This document shows positions 64,000 through 64,000 of a stretch of 64,000 bases of DNA, piece by piece; within the stretch, counting starts at the first letter, position 1; every line of letters starts with the position of its first letter. The notes below the pieces were generated by a model. The model made no database searches, was not told the origin of the DNA, and saw only the letters and a program-made list of their open reading frames with translations. Both the position numbers and the translations under genes were made by a program. Source of the DNA: Candidatus Altimarinota bacterium (GTDB lineage Bacteria > Patescibacteriota > Gracilibacteria > UBA1369); NCBI GenBank assembly GCA_963677745.1, contig OY782391.1, positions 960,001-1,024,000 on the forward strand, written 5' to 3'.

Positions 64000-64000
64000 T

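Overview
Chromosomal window of about 50% GC from a bacterium that reads TGA as stop (standard code). Gene content and style (standalone rplJL, ThrS without the TGS domain, NrnA with an insertion, a VirB6-like membrane protein, PrsW, many SLH proteins, mostly A/T-rich start regions without Shine-Dalgarno sequences) suggest Patescibacteria/CPR, probably Peregrinibacteria-like. This placement is inference. Housekeeping genes: thrS, recF, uvrA, rplJ-rplL with an L10 leader, miaA, recJ, nrnA-like and yebC. The dominant feature is a ~33 kb cell-surface locus (19959-52792). It holds type IV pilus assembly genes (PilN-like fusion, PilO, PilB, PilC), two paralogous fibre-like secreted proteins, an SLH protein, a monocistronic pilin and a 5845-aa giant protein (SLH, Ig-like, FG-GAP, DUF11, Ca-binding repeats, plus an unexplained Cys/Pro-rich core). 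The giant gene is followed by four translationally coupled secreted helical proteins that all end in Cys motifs. Other notable items: an HNH gene carrying, and flanked by, copies of one palindromic motif; a Xis/BldC-like HTH gene with 10-bp-phased upstream repeats and an unannotated 59-aa zinc-ribbon partner; and a cluster of four large hypothetical genes around a VirB6-like gene. No rRNA, tRNA, CRISPR array, integrase or transposase was seen. All calls come from reading motifs by eye; no searches were run.
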